A DNA stretch of 64,000 nt from Alphaproteobacteria bacterium (GCA_020054105.1 JAGVLW010000053.1:4698-68697), one strand, 5' to 3'; counted from the first letter of the stretch, positions 38,756-47,734 are shown. Notes: generated from the sequence alone by a model not told the origin. A program made the numbers and translations.

Positions 38756-41141
38756 CATTTCCTCCTTCTCCAGCCTGCGCGAACTTGGCTTCAGTGTTTT
38801 CCCGCTCCAGGCGCGGAGCAAGAAACCTGTCGGCAGTTGGAAGGAGTATCAGACCACATCAGCTAATGCCGGGGAATGCGCCGCATGGGAAACGGCCTAT
38901 CGCTACAACCCCTACAATATCGGCATTGCCACCGGCAGCGTGTCCGGCTGCTTCGTGCTGGATGTGGACGGCGAGCAAGGACGTGAGACGTTGGCGAAGC
39001 TGATCGCAGAGCATGGTGAGTTGCCTGCCACGCCCACCGTTAAAACCGGTAAGGGACAGCATTATTATTTCCGCTATCCGGCGGGATATACAGTGCGCAA
39101 CCTTGCAGGGCGGAGTGTGCATGGCGAGATTCTTCCCGGCATCGACCATCGTGGCGACGGCGGATATGTGGTGGCGCCGCCCTCGATCCATCCCGACGGC
39201 ATGGCGTATGAATGGATCGTCAGCCCGTGGCAGACGACGCTGGCGGATGCACCGGCATGGCTGCTGGAACTGGTGGCCGTGCCGGAGAATAATGAGACAC
39301 TGGATTTCAACGGCGCGGCTGACAATATTCCCGCCGGGGCTTATCTCGAAAAAGCCCTCGCCAACGAACTGACACTACTGACACAAGCTCCGGCCGGGCA
39401 GCGCAATGACCGGCTGAACCGGGCGTCATTCAGCCTCGGCCAGCTTATTGCGGCGGGGCTGGACGAGGACATGGTAAGGCGTGAATTGCATGCAGCCGCG
39501 CGCATGGCCGGGTTGGAAGACGTGGAGATAACACCCACCATCGACAGCGGTATCGCCGCCGGGAAGCAGAAGCCGCGCGACATTCCTGCTAATGCCGATT
39601 CCGCTAATTCTGCTAACGCCAATGCGAACAGGATTAGCGGAATTAGCAATGCCAGCATTAGCGAGTGGCAGACACCCACTCCGTTGACACAGGAAATTGC
39701 GGCGCAGGAACCGTACCCGGTGGAAGCGTTGCCGGATGTTATCCGCGAGGCGGTGGCCAGCTATCAGGCTTACGGCCAGCAGCCGGTGCCCATCGTCGCC
39801 ATCGCCGGGTTGGCGAATGTCAGCCTGGCCTGTCAGGGATTGGCCGATATTGCCCGCGACGAAGTGCTGACCGGCCCCATCTCGCTCAACTTCATTGTCA
39901 CCGCCGACAGCGGCGAGCGCAAAACCTCGGCGGATAAAGTCTTTTCCAAAGCGGCGCGCGAATGGGAAAAAGCAAAGCGCGCAGCTATGCAGGCGGAATT
40001 AAAACAGGCGAAAATTCTGGTCGACGCCTATCTCGCCACCCGCGCGGGCATTACGCAGCAGATCACCAGCGCCAGCAAGAACGGCGGCACGGCGGATCAG
40101 CTGGGCGCGCTCCAAGCGGCATTGCAGCAGATTGATACGGAAGCGCCGCAACTACCCGTCATCCCCACGCTGCTGTTCGAGGACGTGACGCAGGAGGCCT
40201 TGATCGACGAACTGGCCAGGGGGCATCCATCGGCGGCGCTGTACAGTGACGAGGCGGCAATTGTTATCGGTTCACATGGATTTCACCAGGAGCGTTGCCT
40301 GCGCTATTTCGGTCTGATCAACCGTTTGTGGGACGGCAACGGTTACAAACGCCAGCGCATTACCAGCGAGAGCACCAGTTTCTACGGCAGGCGCATGACC
40401 TGCTCGCTGATGATGCAGCTTTCGGTGTTGAAGACACTCATAAGCGTGGCCGATGGGCAGAGCCGCAATACCGGATTTCTCGCCCGCGTGCTGATTGCCT
40501 GCCCGGATAGCACGATGGGCACGCGGTTCTACAAGGAACCGCAGTCACTCGACCGGGCACTGGACGCATTCCACGCGCGCATTCATGCGTTGCTGGAAAT
40601 GCCGTTGCCGGTGGACAAGGAAACGGGCGAACTCACGCCGCCATTGCTAGGCTTAAGCAATGAAGCGCACCAGATGTGGGTGGAGTATTATAACGAGACG
40701 GAATTAGCCATCGGTGCACGGGGAGAATTTTATTCTGTCCGCGATTTTGCCGCTAAGTCCGCCGAGAATGCGGCCAGGCTTGCCTGCAACTTTCATATCT
40801 TCCAGCAGGGCGCGACCGGCGAGGTGGACAGCGACGCCATGCAGCGCGCCATCACCATCATGCAATGGCACCTGCGCGAAACGCTGCGCGTATTCAGCCA
40901 CATCGATACGCCGGAGGAAATGACGCATGCCCGGCTGCTGCTGGAATGGCTGAAGCGGAAGAATCACCGCACCATCACCGCCAGCGAGATCGCCACGCAC
41001 GGCCCTAACCAGCTGCGCCAGCGCGAAGCGCGTCATGCCGCGCTCAAAACCCTCTGCGAGCACGGTTACCTGCGTGAGCGCGCCGTCGGCCGCAACCGGC
41101 AATACGAGGTCAATCCCTCCCTGGCGGAGGTAACGCCATGA
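38748..41141 (+). CDS. bifunctional primase-polymerase (PrimPol N-domain) fused to a DUF3987/YfjI-like helicase-type domain
   Basis: The N-terminus FPLQARSKKPVGSWKEYQ...CFVLDVDGEQG...KTGKGQHYYFRYP...GIDHRGDGGYVVAPPSIHPDGMAYEW is Prim-Pol-like. The C-terminal half (LLFEDVTQEALIDELARGHPSAALYSDEAA...RLWDG) is DUF3987-like. Confidence 0.85.
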   Translation: MNNISSFSSLRELGFSVFPLQARSKKPVGSWKEYQTTSANAGECAAWETAYRYNPYNIGIATGSVSGCFVLDVDGEQGRETLAKLIAEHGELPATPTVKTGKGQHYYFRYPAGYTVRNLAGRSVHGEILPGIDHRGDGGYVVAPPSIHPDGMAYEWIVSPWQTTLADAPAWLLELVAVPENNETLDFNGAADNIPAGAYLEKALANELTLLTQAPAGQRNDRLNRASFSLGQLIAAGLDEDMVRRELHAAARMAGLEDVEITPTIDSGIAAGKQKPRDIPANADSANSANANANRISGISNASISEWQTPTPLTQEIAAQEPYPVEALPDVIREAVASYQAYGQQPVPIVAIAGLANVSLACQGLADIARDEVLTGPISLNFIVTADSGERKTSADKVFSKAAREWEKAKRAAMQAELKQAKILVDAYLATRAGITQQITSASKNGGTADQLGALQAALQQIDTEAPQLPVIPTLLFEDVTQEALIDELARGHPSAALYSDEAAIVIGSHGFHQERCLRYFGLINRLWDGNGYKRQRITSESTSFYGRRMTCSLMMQLSVLKTLISVADGQSRNTGFLARVLIACPDSTMGTRFYKEPQSLDRALDAFHARIHALLEMPLPVDKETGELTPPLLGLSNEAHQMWVEYYNETELAIGARGEFYSVRDFAAKSAENAARLACNFHIFQQGATGEVDSDAMQRAITIMQWHLRETLRVFSHIDTPEEMTHARLLLEWLKRKNHRTITASEIATHGPNQLRQREARHAALKTLCEHGYLRERAVGRNRQYEVNPSLAEVTP
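39587..39663. repeat. GCTAAT-rich inverted-repeat module, copy 1 (inside the PrimPol linker)
   Basis: CCGCTAATTCTGCT (39601-14) and ATTAGCGGAATTAGCAAT (39633-50), flanked by further GCTAAT/ATTAGC units. Confidence 0.55.
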
Positions 41142-41638
41142 CCGCCGCTGCTGCTAATCCCGCTAATTCTGCTTATCCACGCCGGTTAGCTGCATTAGCG
41201 GAATTAGCAATCATCCCCCACCATCACTTCAGGAGACCACCCATGACCCACCGCAAAGCTCTTACCGAATCCGCCAGGAAAGACTGGATGTATTTTCCCT
41301 ACGACGAGCGCTCGGCGCTTTCCCTGTTCAACCATGATGCCTGCGAAGGTGTGGAACTGATCCATGTGCTCATGGCGCAATATCAGGCACAGGCGGAAAC
41401 GCTAGCCGGGATCGTGCATACGCTGCGGTTGTTCGCCCACAACTACCGGCGCTCGTATCACCGCCTGGCCGCAAAAGGATTGCTCATCCGTATCGACGAC
41501 CATTACCGGAAGCAGGCGGAAGCCGTCATCGAAAAAACGGAACGCCTGGTCGAAAGCTGCGCCCTGCCGATGCCGGAGGGCGGCTACCTGGTCTGCGACG
41601 GGGTGTTTCCCGGCCGGGACAGGGATTGCGACGAATAG
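41138..41638 (+). CDS. hypothetical island protein
   Basis: 166 aa. The first ~35 codons are the repeat module, so the internal start MTHRKALTE (41240) is at least as likely. Confidence 0.4.
   Translation: MTAAAANPANSAYPRRLAALAELAIIPHHHFRRPPMTHRKALTESARKDWMYFPYDERSALSLFNHDACEGVELIHVLMAQYQAQAETLAGIVHTLRLFAHNYRRSYHRLAAKGLLIRIDDHYRKQAEAVIEKTERLVESCALPMPEGGYLVCDGVFPGRDRDCDE
41153..41211. repeat. GCTAAT-rich inverted-repeat module, copy 2 (just after the PrimPol stop)
   Basis: CCGCTAATTCTGCT (41160-73) and ATTAGCGGAATTAGCAAT (41194-211), both identical to the copy 1 cores. Confidence 0.55.
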
Positions 41639-41662
41639 CCACCAGCCATCGAGGCCACCATC

Positions 41663-41866
41663 ATGCCGGTAGATCAAGACATACTCGAACGTAAGGCCGA
41701 CGAGCTGACACAGACCGAGCTTTTCGAGCGAATTGTCTACAAAATCCGCCGCAAATACGACTTTCAAATCAGCGAGATGGAGGCCATTGCGGCTGCACGG
41801 AACCTTATCGGATTTACCCAAACACTGCTTGAACTCTCCAAACATAGCGGTAATGTCGAGCCATGA
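41663..41866 (+). CDS. hypothetical small protein
   Basis: 67 aa. Overlaps the recombinase start by 4 nt. Confidence 0.4.
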   Translation: MPVDQDILERKADELTQTELFERIVYKIRRKYDFQISEMEAIAAARNLIGFTQTLLELSKHSGNVEP

Positions 41867-43437
41867 GCCGGAAAATCGTCCGATTTGAAGAATATAAGCC
41901 CGCTGGCCTGAAAAAGGCCATCATCCTGGCGCGCGTCTCCACCAAAGACCAGGAAGAGGGCTATTCCATAGCTGCGCAGAAACACCGGCTGCAGCAATAT
42001 TGCGAGCGCAAGGGATTGGAGATCATTCGCACTTTCGAGCTGGTGGAATCCTCTACCCACGGTGACCGCAAGGATTTCGCGCAGATGATCGACTTCATCC
42101 GCAAGCAGCGCGAGTGTGTGGCGTTAGTAGCGGATAAAGTGGACAGGGTTCAGCGCAGCTTCAAGGAATTCCCGATGCTCGATGCGCTGATCCAGGAAGG
42201 CAAGCTGGAGCTGCATTTCAATACCGAAAATTACATCATCCACCGCGAATCCGTTTCGCAGGAACGGCTGATGTGGAGCATTGGCGTGGTGATGGCGCAG
42301 TCCTACGTCGATTCCCTGCGCGATAACGTCAAGCGCAGCTTTGACCAGAAGATACGCACCGGCGAATGGATCGCCACCGCGCCGGTCGGCTATATGAATG
42401 CCAAGGATAGCCGTGGCCGTGGCACGGTAGTGGTGGACGAAGCGCGGGCGCTGCTGGTGCGGCGGCTGTTCGAAGAATATGCCACCGGCAGCTATACGCA
42501 AGGCCAGATGGTAAAAGAGGCTCGGCAATGGGGATTGCGCAATGCCCGCGGCAAGCAGGAGCCGCTGGTGCGGTCACAGATAAACCGGGTACTGCAAAAT
42601 CCGTTTTACTACGGCGAGATGGAAGTGAAGGGTAAGCGCTATCCGCACGTCTATACGCCGCTGATTACCAAAGACCTGTACGATAGATGCCAGGCGGTGC
42701 GGCTGGGCTGGCATAAGAAGCCATTCGCCTATGCCGGGAAGGATTACATCTTCCGTGGGCTGATTACCTGCGACACTACCGGCAAGACGGTTACGGCCGA
42801 TACAAAAACCAAGCGTTACCAGAACGGCAATACCGCCGAATATACCTACCTGATGTGCTGGAACCCCGAAGACCCGGACAAACGCATGTGGGTGCGGGAA
42901 GATACCGTCCTGGCCGAGGTGGAGCAGGTATTCAAGAACATGGGCATTGATGACGATATTTACGAGGACGTGGTCGCCTATGCCCGCAACACCTGCGATA
43001 CCGAAAAGGCTTTCCATAAGCGCCAGATGCAGGAAACCACCCGCGAAATCGAGGCCATCCAGGGCAAGCTCAATAAGCTGATGGACTTGCTGCTGGAGGG
43101 CGCTATCGAAAAGGCCGAGCATGATGAGAAACGCGCCGCCCTGCGGAGCAGGCAGGTTGATCTGACCAACCTGATTAACAGTTACCACGGCGCCGATGAC
43201 GGCTTCCGCGACGCCGTGGTGGATATGCTGGAACTCAGCAAAAAAGCCCATGAATTGTTCGTAAGTTCGAACAACCAAGGCAAAAGGCGGCTTATCAATT
43301 TCGTGTTTTCGAACCTGTCCCTGAAAGGCGAAAAGCTGGCATTCCGCCTGAGACAGCCCTTTGACCAGTTTGTCAATGCGGTCAAAATTGAAGAATGGCG
43401 TGCCCGGCAGGAATCGAACCTGCGACCCACAGCTTAG
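41863..43437 (+). CDS. large serine recombinase (integrase)
   Basis: Resolvase-type N-terminus KKAIILARVSTKDQEEGYSIAAQ, a recombinase domain, a Cys-containing segment (LITCDTTGK...YLMC) and a coiled-coil C-terminus. The last 14 codons overlap tRNA-Arg. Confidence 0.9.
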   Translation: MSRKIVRFEEYKPAGLKKAIILARVSTKDQEEGYSIAAQKHRLQQYCERKGLEIIRTFELVESSTHGDRKDFAQMIDFIRKQRECVALVADKVDRVQRSFKEFPMLDALIQEGKLELHFNTENYIIHRESVSQERLMWSIGVVMAQSYVDSLRDNVKRSFDQKIRTGEWIATAPVGYMNAKDSRGRGTVVVDEARALLVRRLFEEYATGSYTQGQMVKEARQWGLRNARGKQEPLVRSQINRVLQNPFYYGEMEVKGKRYPHVYTPLITKDLYDRCQAVRLGWHKKPFAYAGKDYIFRGLITCDTTGKTVTADTKTKRYQNGNTAEYTYLMCWNPEDPDKRMWVREDTVLAEVEQVFKNMGIDDDIYEDVVAYARNTCDTEKAFHKRQMQETTREIEAIQGKLNKLMDLLLEGAIEKAEHDEKRAALRSRQVDLTNLINSYHGADDGFRDAVVDMLELSKKAHELFVSSNNQGKRRLINFVFSNLSLKGEKLAFRLRQPFDQFVNAVKIEEWRARQESNLRPTA

Positions 43438-43471
43438 AAGGCTGTTGCTCTATCCCCTGAGCTACGGGCAC
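43396..43471 (-). tRNA. tRNA-Arg (anticodon UCU)
   Basis: Reverse complement is GTGCCCGTAGCTCAGGGGATAGAGCAACAGCCTTCTAAGCTGTGGGTCGCAGGTTCGATTCCTGCCGGGCACGCCA. It folds as a cloverleaf with a 7-bp acceptor stem, a CUUCUAA anticodon loop, a GGTTCGATTCC T-arm and an encoded CCA. Confidence 0.93.
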
Positions 43472-43576
43472 GTTACGCCTAGTTACGCGAGGCGGGCCGG
43501 GGATTCAAGGGAAAAGCAATAAAGGCTTGCAAAACAAAACGCTTTGCTGGTATTTATTCCACCCTTCAAGGGATTG

Positions 43577-43653
43577 GGGCGGTTAGCTCAGTTGGTTAGA
43601 GCGCCACGTTGACATCGTGGAGGTCGGAGGTTCGAGTCCTCTACCGCCCACCA
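43577..43653 (+). tRNA. tRNA-Val (anticodon GAC)
   Basis: GGGCGGTTAGCTCAGTTGGTTAGAGCGCCACGTTGACATCGTGGAGGTCGGAGGTTCGAGTCCTCTACCGCCCACCA. It has a UUGACAU anticodon loop and an encoded CCA. Confidence 0.93.
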
Positions 43654-43921
43654 TAACCGACTAGATCGGGGATGGTATCCCCAAAGCCGGTAGCAGTAGG
43701 AAATCTGCGGGGTTCTAGGTTTTGCAGATAATTTGACACCCTAGACGACTAGATTTCGGACAGTGTCGCTGAAAAGTATAGCTAGAGAGCCAATTTCAGA
43801 GGATTTTTGAGCGGTTCTAGTTCTGCTTAGCACATCGTCGTTGCTTGTTGGTCCATGTAGATTTATAATGCTCTTGAGGCAAAAGACCTCTTAACAAGAA
43901 GCTCTAACACAGGAGACGAAC

Positions 43922-44146
43922 ATGATGACCCGTATTTCATTCAAGCAAGGCGATTCCACTCAATTTAGATTGGCTTCACGGGATCGGATACAGATAAACA
44001 ATCCTTCGATTGATATTCATCATATTGCGAAGGTTGAGGAAATTGAGGGTGATCCCCGTATTTTTGGCATCGGGCGTTTGGTACGAGTTGTATTTCCAGA
44101 CGGCCAGAAGCTAGATACATGGGATTTCCTGCTAGAACGGGCGTAG
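43922..44146 (+). CDS. hypothetical small protein (low-GC islet)
   Basis: 74 aa with a GGAGA RBS. No motif. Confidence 0.35.
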   Translation: MMTRISFKQGDSTQFRLASRDRIQINNPSIDIHHIAKVEEIEGDPRIFGIGRLVRVVFPDGQKLDTWDFLLERA

Positions 44147-44161
44147 CGTTTCCATATAAGG

Positions 44162-45229
44162 CTAATGCGTAGACAAATCGGCAGAAATATCGCTTTTTTG
44201 CCGTCTCCATGCGACTTTTTCGGGTTCTTCTAAGGCTTTATTTCTGCACTCTTTCGCAGAAATAATTTTGGGAATCAATGATTCTCTAATCCGTGATTCT
44301 TTTGGTGTCGCACCGTTCGCTGTCCTTGTAAGGAAATCTAATTCTTGCTTATCAAGGAGATTGCATTTGGGACGGACATAGAGATCATCAATTTCGCGTT
44401 CATACGCCGCTTTTCGTATATCGGCGAGTGCTTTATCTGTACATTCGCGCTCAGCGTCATGTTTGGCAAATAACTTTTCTCGAATTGCTCGCCCTTCTGG
44501 CGTCTTATCGTTTGTCGTTTCAAGAATGCGGATTTCGTGGGTGGAAAGGACAGAACATTTCGCTAATACTATTTCTTCAATGGACGGGACAATGGCATCA
44601 AGATGATATTGAAGGCCATCTGAAATGGTAACCGTATAAGAGTCTTGAGAATTATTAGACATCATTTTGTCAATAAAAAATTGGTTGATCTCCATGTCTT
44701 GTAAGTATTTGCGAACGTCATCCATTGCCTTTTTTTCACTAGCCTCATGCTCAATATCAGATAATCTTTCTGCATCTATTTTAGAAATATATGGTCGGTG
44801 TAAACTGAGGTAATAACCCTGATGCTCGATTCCTCCCGCATACACTAAGAAACATGCGCTAGCGCAGACATTATTTTCTTTATCAACCACATAATCAGGA
44901 TCGAGGTCTTTACCATCAAAAATATTTGGTGTGCTTGTCCCCAACCGTAGCCGGCGGATCATAGCTCCCATCTTCATTGCCTCATCCACATCGCCACCCT
45001 TTGATCTTAGATCAACGTAACGAATAGCCGGGCCGTAAATAAAATAATAATCTAACAGTTTAGTATGCAGTTTTTCGGTATCACCAGGAACGATGTCACC
45101 TTCCACCTTTAATGTCCAAAGAGGCCCACGAGCATTACGCGCCCGCTCTACGGTAGCAGCGTTTGCATTTCCAAACTCGATGCCGACAATCAGCAAAGTA
45201 ATTAGAAGGGCAATTATACTTTTCCTCAT
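44162..45229 (-). CDS. secreted hypothetical protein with a ClpP/crotonase-fold-like N-domain (COG3904-like)
   Basis: ATG at 45229 gives the signal peptide MRKSIIALLITLLIVGIEFGNANA. SKGGDVDEAMKMGAMIRRL...CASACFLVYAGG recalls periplasmic Clp-fold proteins. Confidence 0.5.
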   Translation of the reverse strand: MRKSIIALLITLLIVGIEFGNANAATVERARNARGPLWTLKVEGDIVPGDTEKLHTKLLDYYFIYGPAIRYVDLRSKGGDVDEAMKMGAMIRRLRLGTSTPNIFDGKDLDPDYVVDKENNVCASACFLVYAGGIEHQGYYLSLHRPYISKIDAERLSDIEHEASEKKAMDDVRKYLQDMEINQFFIDKMMSNNSQDSYTVTISDGLQYHLDAIVPSIEEIVLAKCSVLSTHEIRILETTNDKTPEGRAIREKLFAKHDAERECTDKALADIRKAAYEREIDDLYVRPKCNLLDKQELDFLTRTANGATPKESRIRESLIPKIISAKECRNKALEEPEKVAWRRQKSDISADLSTH

Positions 45230-45422
45230 ATGTCCCGCCAAAACGATATTCGAATTATTACATTACTGACTAATATCACTATACTGCCAGTTTTCCATAT
45301 AATATTGGTGATTCTTCAAAGACTTTACTTAGCCATTGCATTCCCTCCCTCAACCGATAAAACTGGTTCGAGGTTAATCGCCTAGGGACCACCATCCATT
45401 TTATGCGGTACTTGTCCGATTT

Positions 45423-45536
45423 TCAGTTAGGCTTGGGGAAGAGTTCCGGGCAATAGCCAAAATCCATGCAGGAACAGCCGGTCAGCAGCAAGCCGCCTGC
45501 GCCCAGCAACAATAATATCATTACTATTCTATGCAT
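45423..45536 (-). CDS. unlisted 37-aa Cys-rich lipoprotein candidate
   Basis: My translation is MHRIVMILLLLGAGGLLLTGCSCMDFGYCPELFPKPN, with a lipobox LLTGC. It is below the 60-aa track cutoff. Confidence 0.35.
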   Translation of the reverse strand: MHRIVMILLLLGAGGLLLTGCSCMDFGYCPELFPKPN

Positions 45537-45655
45537 AATGCGCTCCGTTGCTTGCCAGATTTGCCGGGTTTTATAGCGAATGCGCATTCATTAATCAATA
45601 CTTAATAAAAACCGTTTATTCTATACAAAGCGTTATTTTATCCGAGCATATCTTC

Positions 45656-47734
45656 ATGAAAATGCGGACGAGATCCGGCGGGTTTACCATATTAGAACTT
45701 TCCGTGGTTCTGCTTATCATCGCCCTGATTACTTCTATGGGTGTGTATGCAGGGCTGGGCGCGCTCGAATCGGCCAGGCGCGCCAGCACGGAAAACAAGC
45801 TCACCGAAATCGAAAAAGCCCTGATGGCGTTTCGCACGCGCTATAACCGGCTGCCATGCCCGACCGCTATCTCCATCACATCAAGTACCAACGCCAGCTA
45901 TGGGCTGGAGTCATTCGTAAATACGACGGTTTGCGGTGGGACCAGGGTCGGCGATTATGCGGTGCGCGGCTTCGTGCCGACGCGTGCGCTGGGGCTTCCC
46001 GACGAATTTATGTATGACGGCTGGGGGACGAAGTTCGCCTATACCGTCGATCGCAACGCGGCGGCAACGGATGCGTTTAAATATATCCGCCCGTACGAAT
46101 CGTGCGGCGTCGGTGTGCTCGACGCTAATCTTAGGACGCGTTCGGGGCTTAATGCCAATACCAGCAGCATCGTCAATGCCAGTACGAATTCCGCAACTCC
46201 GGCGGTCCCGGTGCGCGATACGCAAGGGGCGATCTATGCGTTGCTCAGCTACGGATCGACCGGGCATGGCGGTTATCAGTTCGACAGCACGGCTACCGTC
46301 GATGCCGATCTGACCGCAACGGCAGTGACGCTGGCGACAACCGGATCGAACTCCAACCGTTTTTACGTTCAGGCCGATGTCACCGATACTGCGGACCTGA
46401 GCGTCTTTTACGATTATATCGTACGTTTTAAAAAACGCTCCGACCTGATGACGCCAGACGACCTGATCAATTTTAAAAACTATAATGGACCGCAACTGGC
46501 AACGATCGATCAGGACGGATCGCCGGACAGCGTAAAACTCTATCGCAATCATTGCGGCTATTGGCGCAGGGTGATTCCCATCGGCACTTATACGCCCGCA
46601 TTCAGCAACACCAACACCAACCTGACTGCACAGTTCACGCCCAAGAACGACTTGTTCATTTACCCTTATAGCTCGGGAAATCTGTGCCGTGTGCTTACCT
46701 ATAATTCCACCGGCGCCAGCGCCACCACGGCGGTAAATAGCGGTAGCGGCGAACAGATTACTTACGACAACCTGCTTACTATCGCTGGTTATCCATCTGC
46801 TGGCACTTGCGCTACATGCGTATGCAATGCCAACGTTGCCAGCGCGAAATTTGTCATGGCGCCCGGCAACGGCATGATGGGAGTTATTAAAGCCAACGAT
46901 CCCTTTATTGAGCTGTGGAATTACTTGCCTGCCACGCATAATTATAAATACGGCAACTCACCGCTTGGCAATTTTATTGTTCCTATTAGCTCGAAGCTTA
47001 CGCTTGCGCCGACGGCGATGGCCCTGAGTAAAAATGCCGATTACATGATTCTATTTCGCTCCGGCTCTTATATAAATTTTTATCGCAAAATTAGCGATGA
47101 TCCCATTCAATATACCCCCATTACAGCGCCGACAGGTTTGTCTTCGGCGGCGAATATCAGAGCCTTTGCATTTTCCCCGGATGATCGCTTCCTGGTGGTC
47201 GCGAGCGATAATAGCGGCTTCGATTATGATATCTGGTATATTAATTCAGCGGATAATAGCTTTACGCTGCTTACCGGTTTGGTGCCCGTGGGCGATGCGA
47301 CGGGAGTACCGAGTGCTGTAGCGTTTTCTCCCGATGGGAAATATGCGGCAATCACTACAAGCGATTCTACGACGACATTTAGCGAGAATATCTATTTAGT
47401 GGAGCCTACCTACTCGGCGACGGCCAATACAATGTATTTTACTAACCAGCAATTATTCGTTGCGGGATATACAAATAGCGCGACTGTCAGCGATTATACA
47501 TTGAATGGCGGCAGCAGTGCTCCGACAGCCGCACTATTCTCGCCTGATTCCAGCACGCTGATATTGCCGATAGGCGGTGGCGGTGATACCGATTGGCCGC
47601 TGAGCATTTTCCGGTACGCGGGCGCCAGCCAGTTCCAGCCGACCTATGTTAATGAAATGAGCGCGCTTTACGGCATGGTCGGTGGCGTGGCGACCAGCGG
47701 TGCTTCAGTATATTCCGCAGCGGTTTCTAAGTAG
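45656..47734 (+). CDS. large prepilin-type protein with C-terminal PD40/WD40-like beta-propeller repeats
   Basis: ATG at 45656 gives MKMRTRSGG|FTILELSVVLLIIALITS, a class III signal with Glu+5. The C-terminal third has three FSPD motifs (AFSPDDRFLVVAS, AFSPDGKYAAITT, LFSPDSSTLILP). Confidence 0.7.
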   Translation: MKMRTRSGGFTILELSVVLLIIALITSMGVYAGLGALESARRASTENKLTEIEKALMAFRTRYNRLPCPTAISITSSTNASYGLESFVNTTVCGGTRVGDYAVRGFVPTRALGLPDEFMYDGWGTKFAYTVDRNAAATDAFKYIRPYESCGVGVLDANLRTRSGLNANTSSIVNASTNSATPAVPVRDTQGAIYALLSYGSTGHGGYQFDSTATVDADLTATAVTLATTGSNSNRFYVQADVTDTADLSVFYDYIVRFKKRSDLMTPDDLINFKNYNGPQLATIDQDGSPDSVKLYRNHCGYWRRVIPIGTYTPAFSNTNTNLTAQFTPKNDLFIYPYSSGNLCRVLTYNSTGASATTAVNSGSGEQITYDNLLTIAGYPSAGTCATCVCNANVASAKFVMAPGNGMMGVIKANDPFIELWNYLPATHNYKYGNSPLGNFIVPISSKLTLAPTAMALSKNADYMILFRSGSYINFYRKISDDPIQYTPITAPTGLSSAANIRAFAFSPDDRFLVVASDNSGFDYDIWYINSADNSFTLLTGLVPVGDATGVPSAVAFSPDGKYAAITTSDSTTTFSENIYLVEPTYSATANTMYFTNQQLFVAGYTNSATVSDYTLNGGSSAPTAALFSPDSSTLILPIGGGGDTDWPLSIFRYAGASQFQPTYVNEMSALYGMVGGVATSGASVYSAAVSK

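Noticed and set aside
45911-46939. 342-aa minus-strand ORF
   Set aside because: It is antisense to the prepilin gene and is an Arg/Ala/Gly-rich product typical of GC-rich shadow frames. The same reasoning applies to 55254-55895, 42574-43278, 16976-17647, 19520-20311, 5886-6533 and the many other overlapping track ORFs that I did not list as features.
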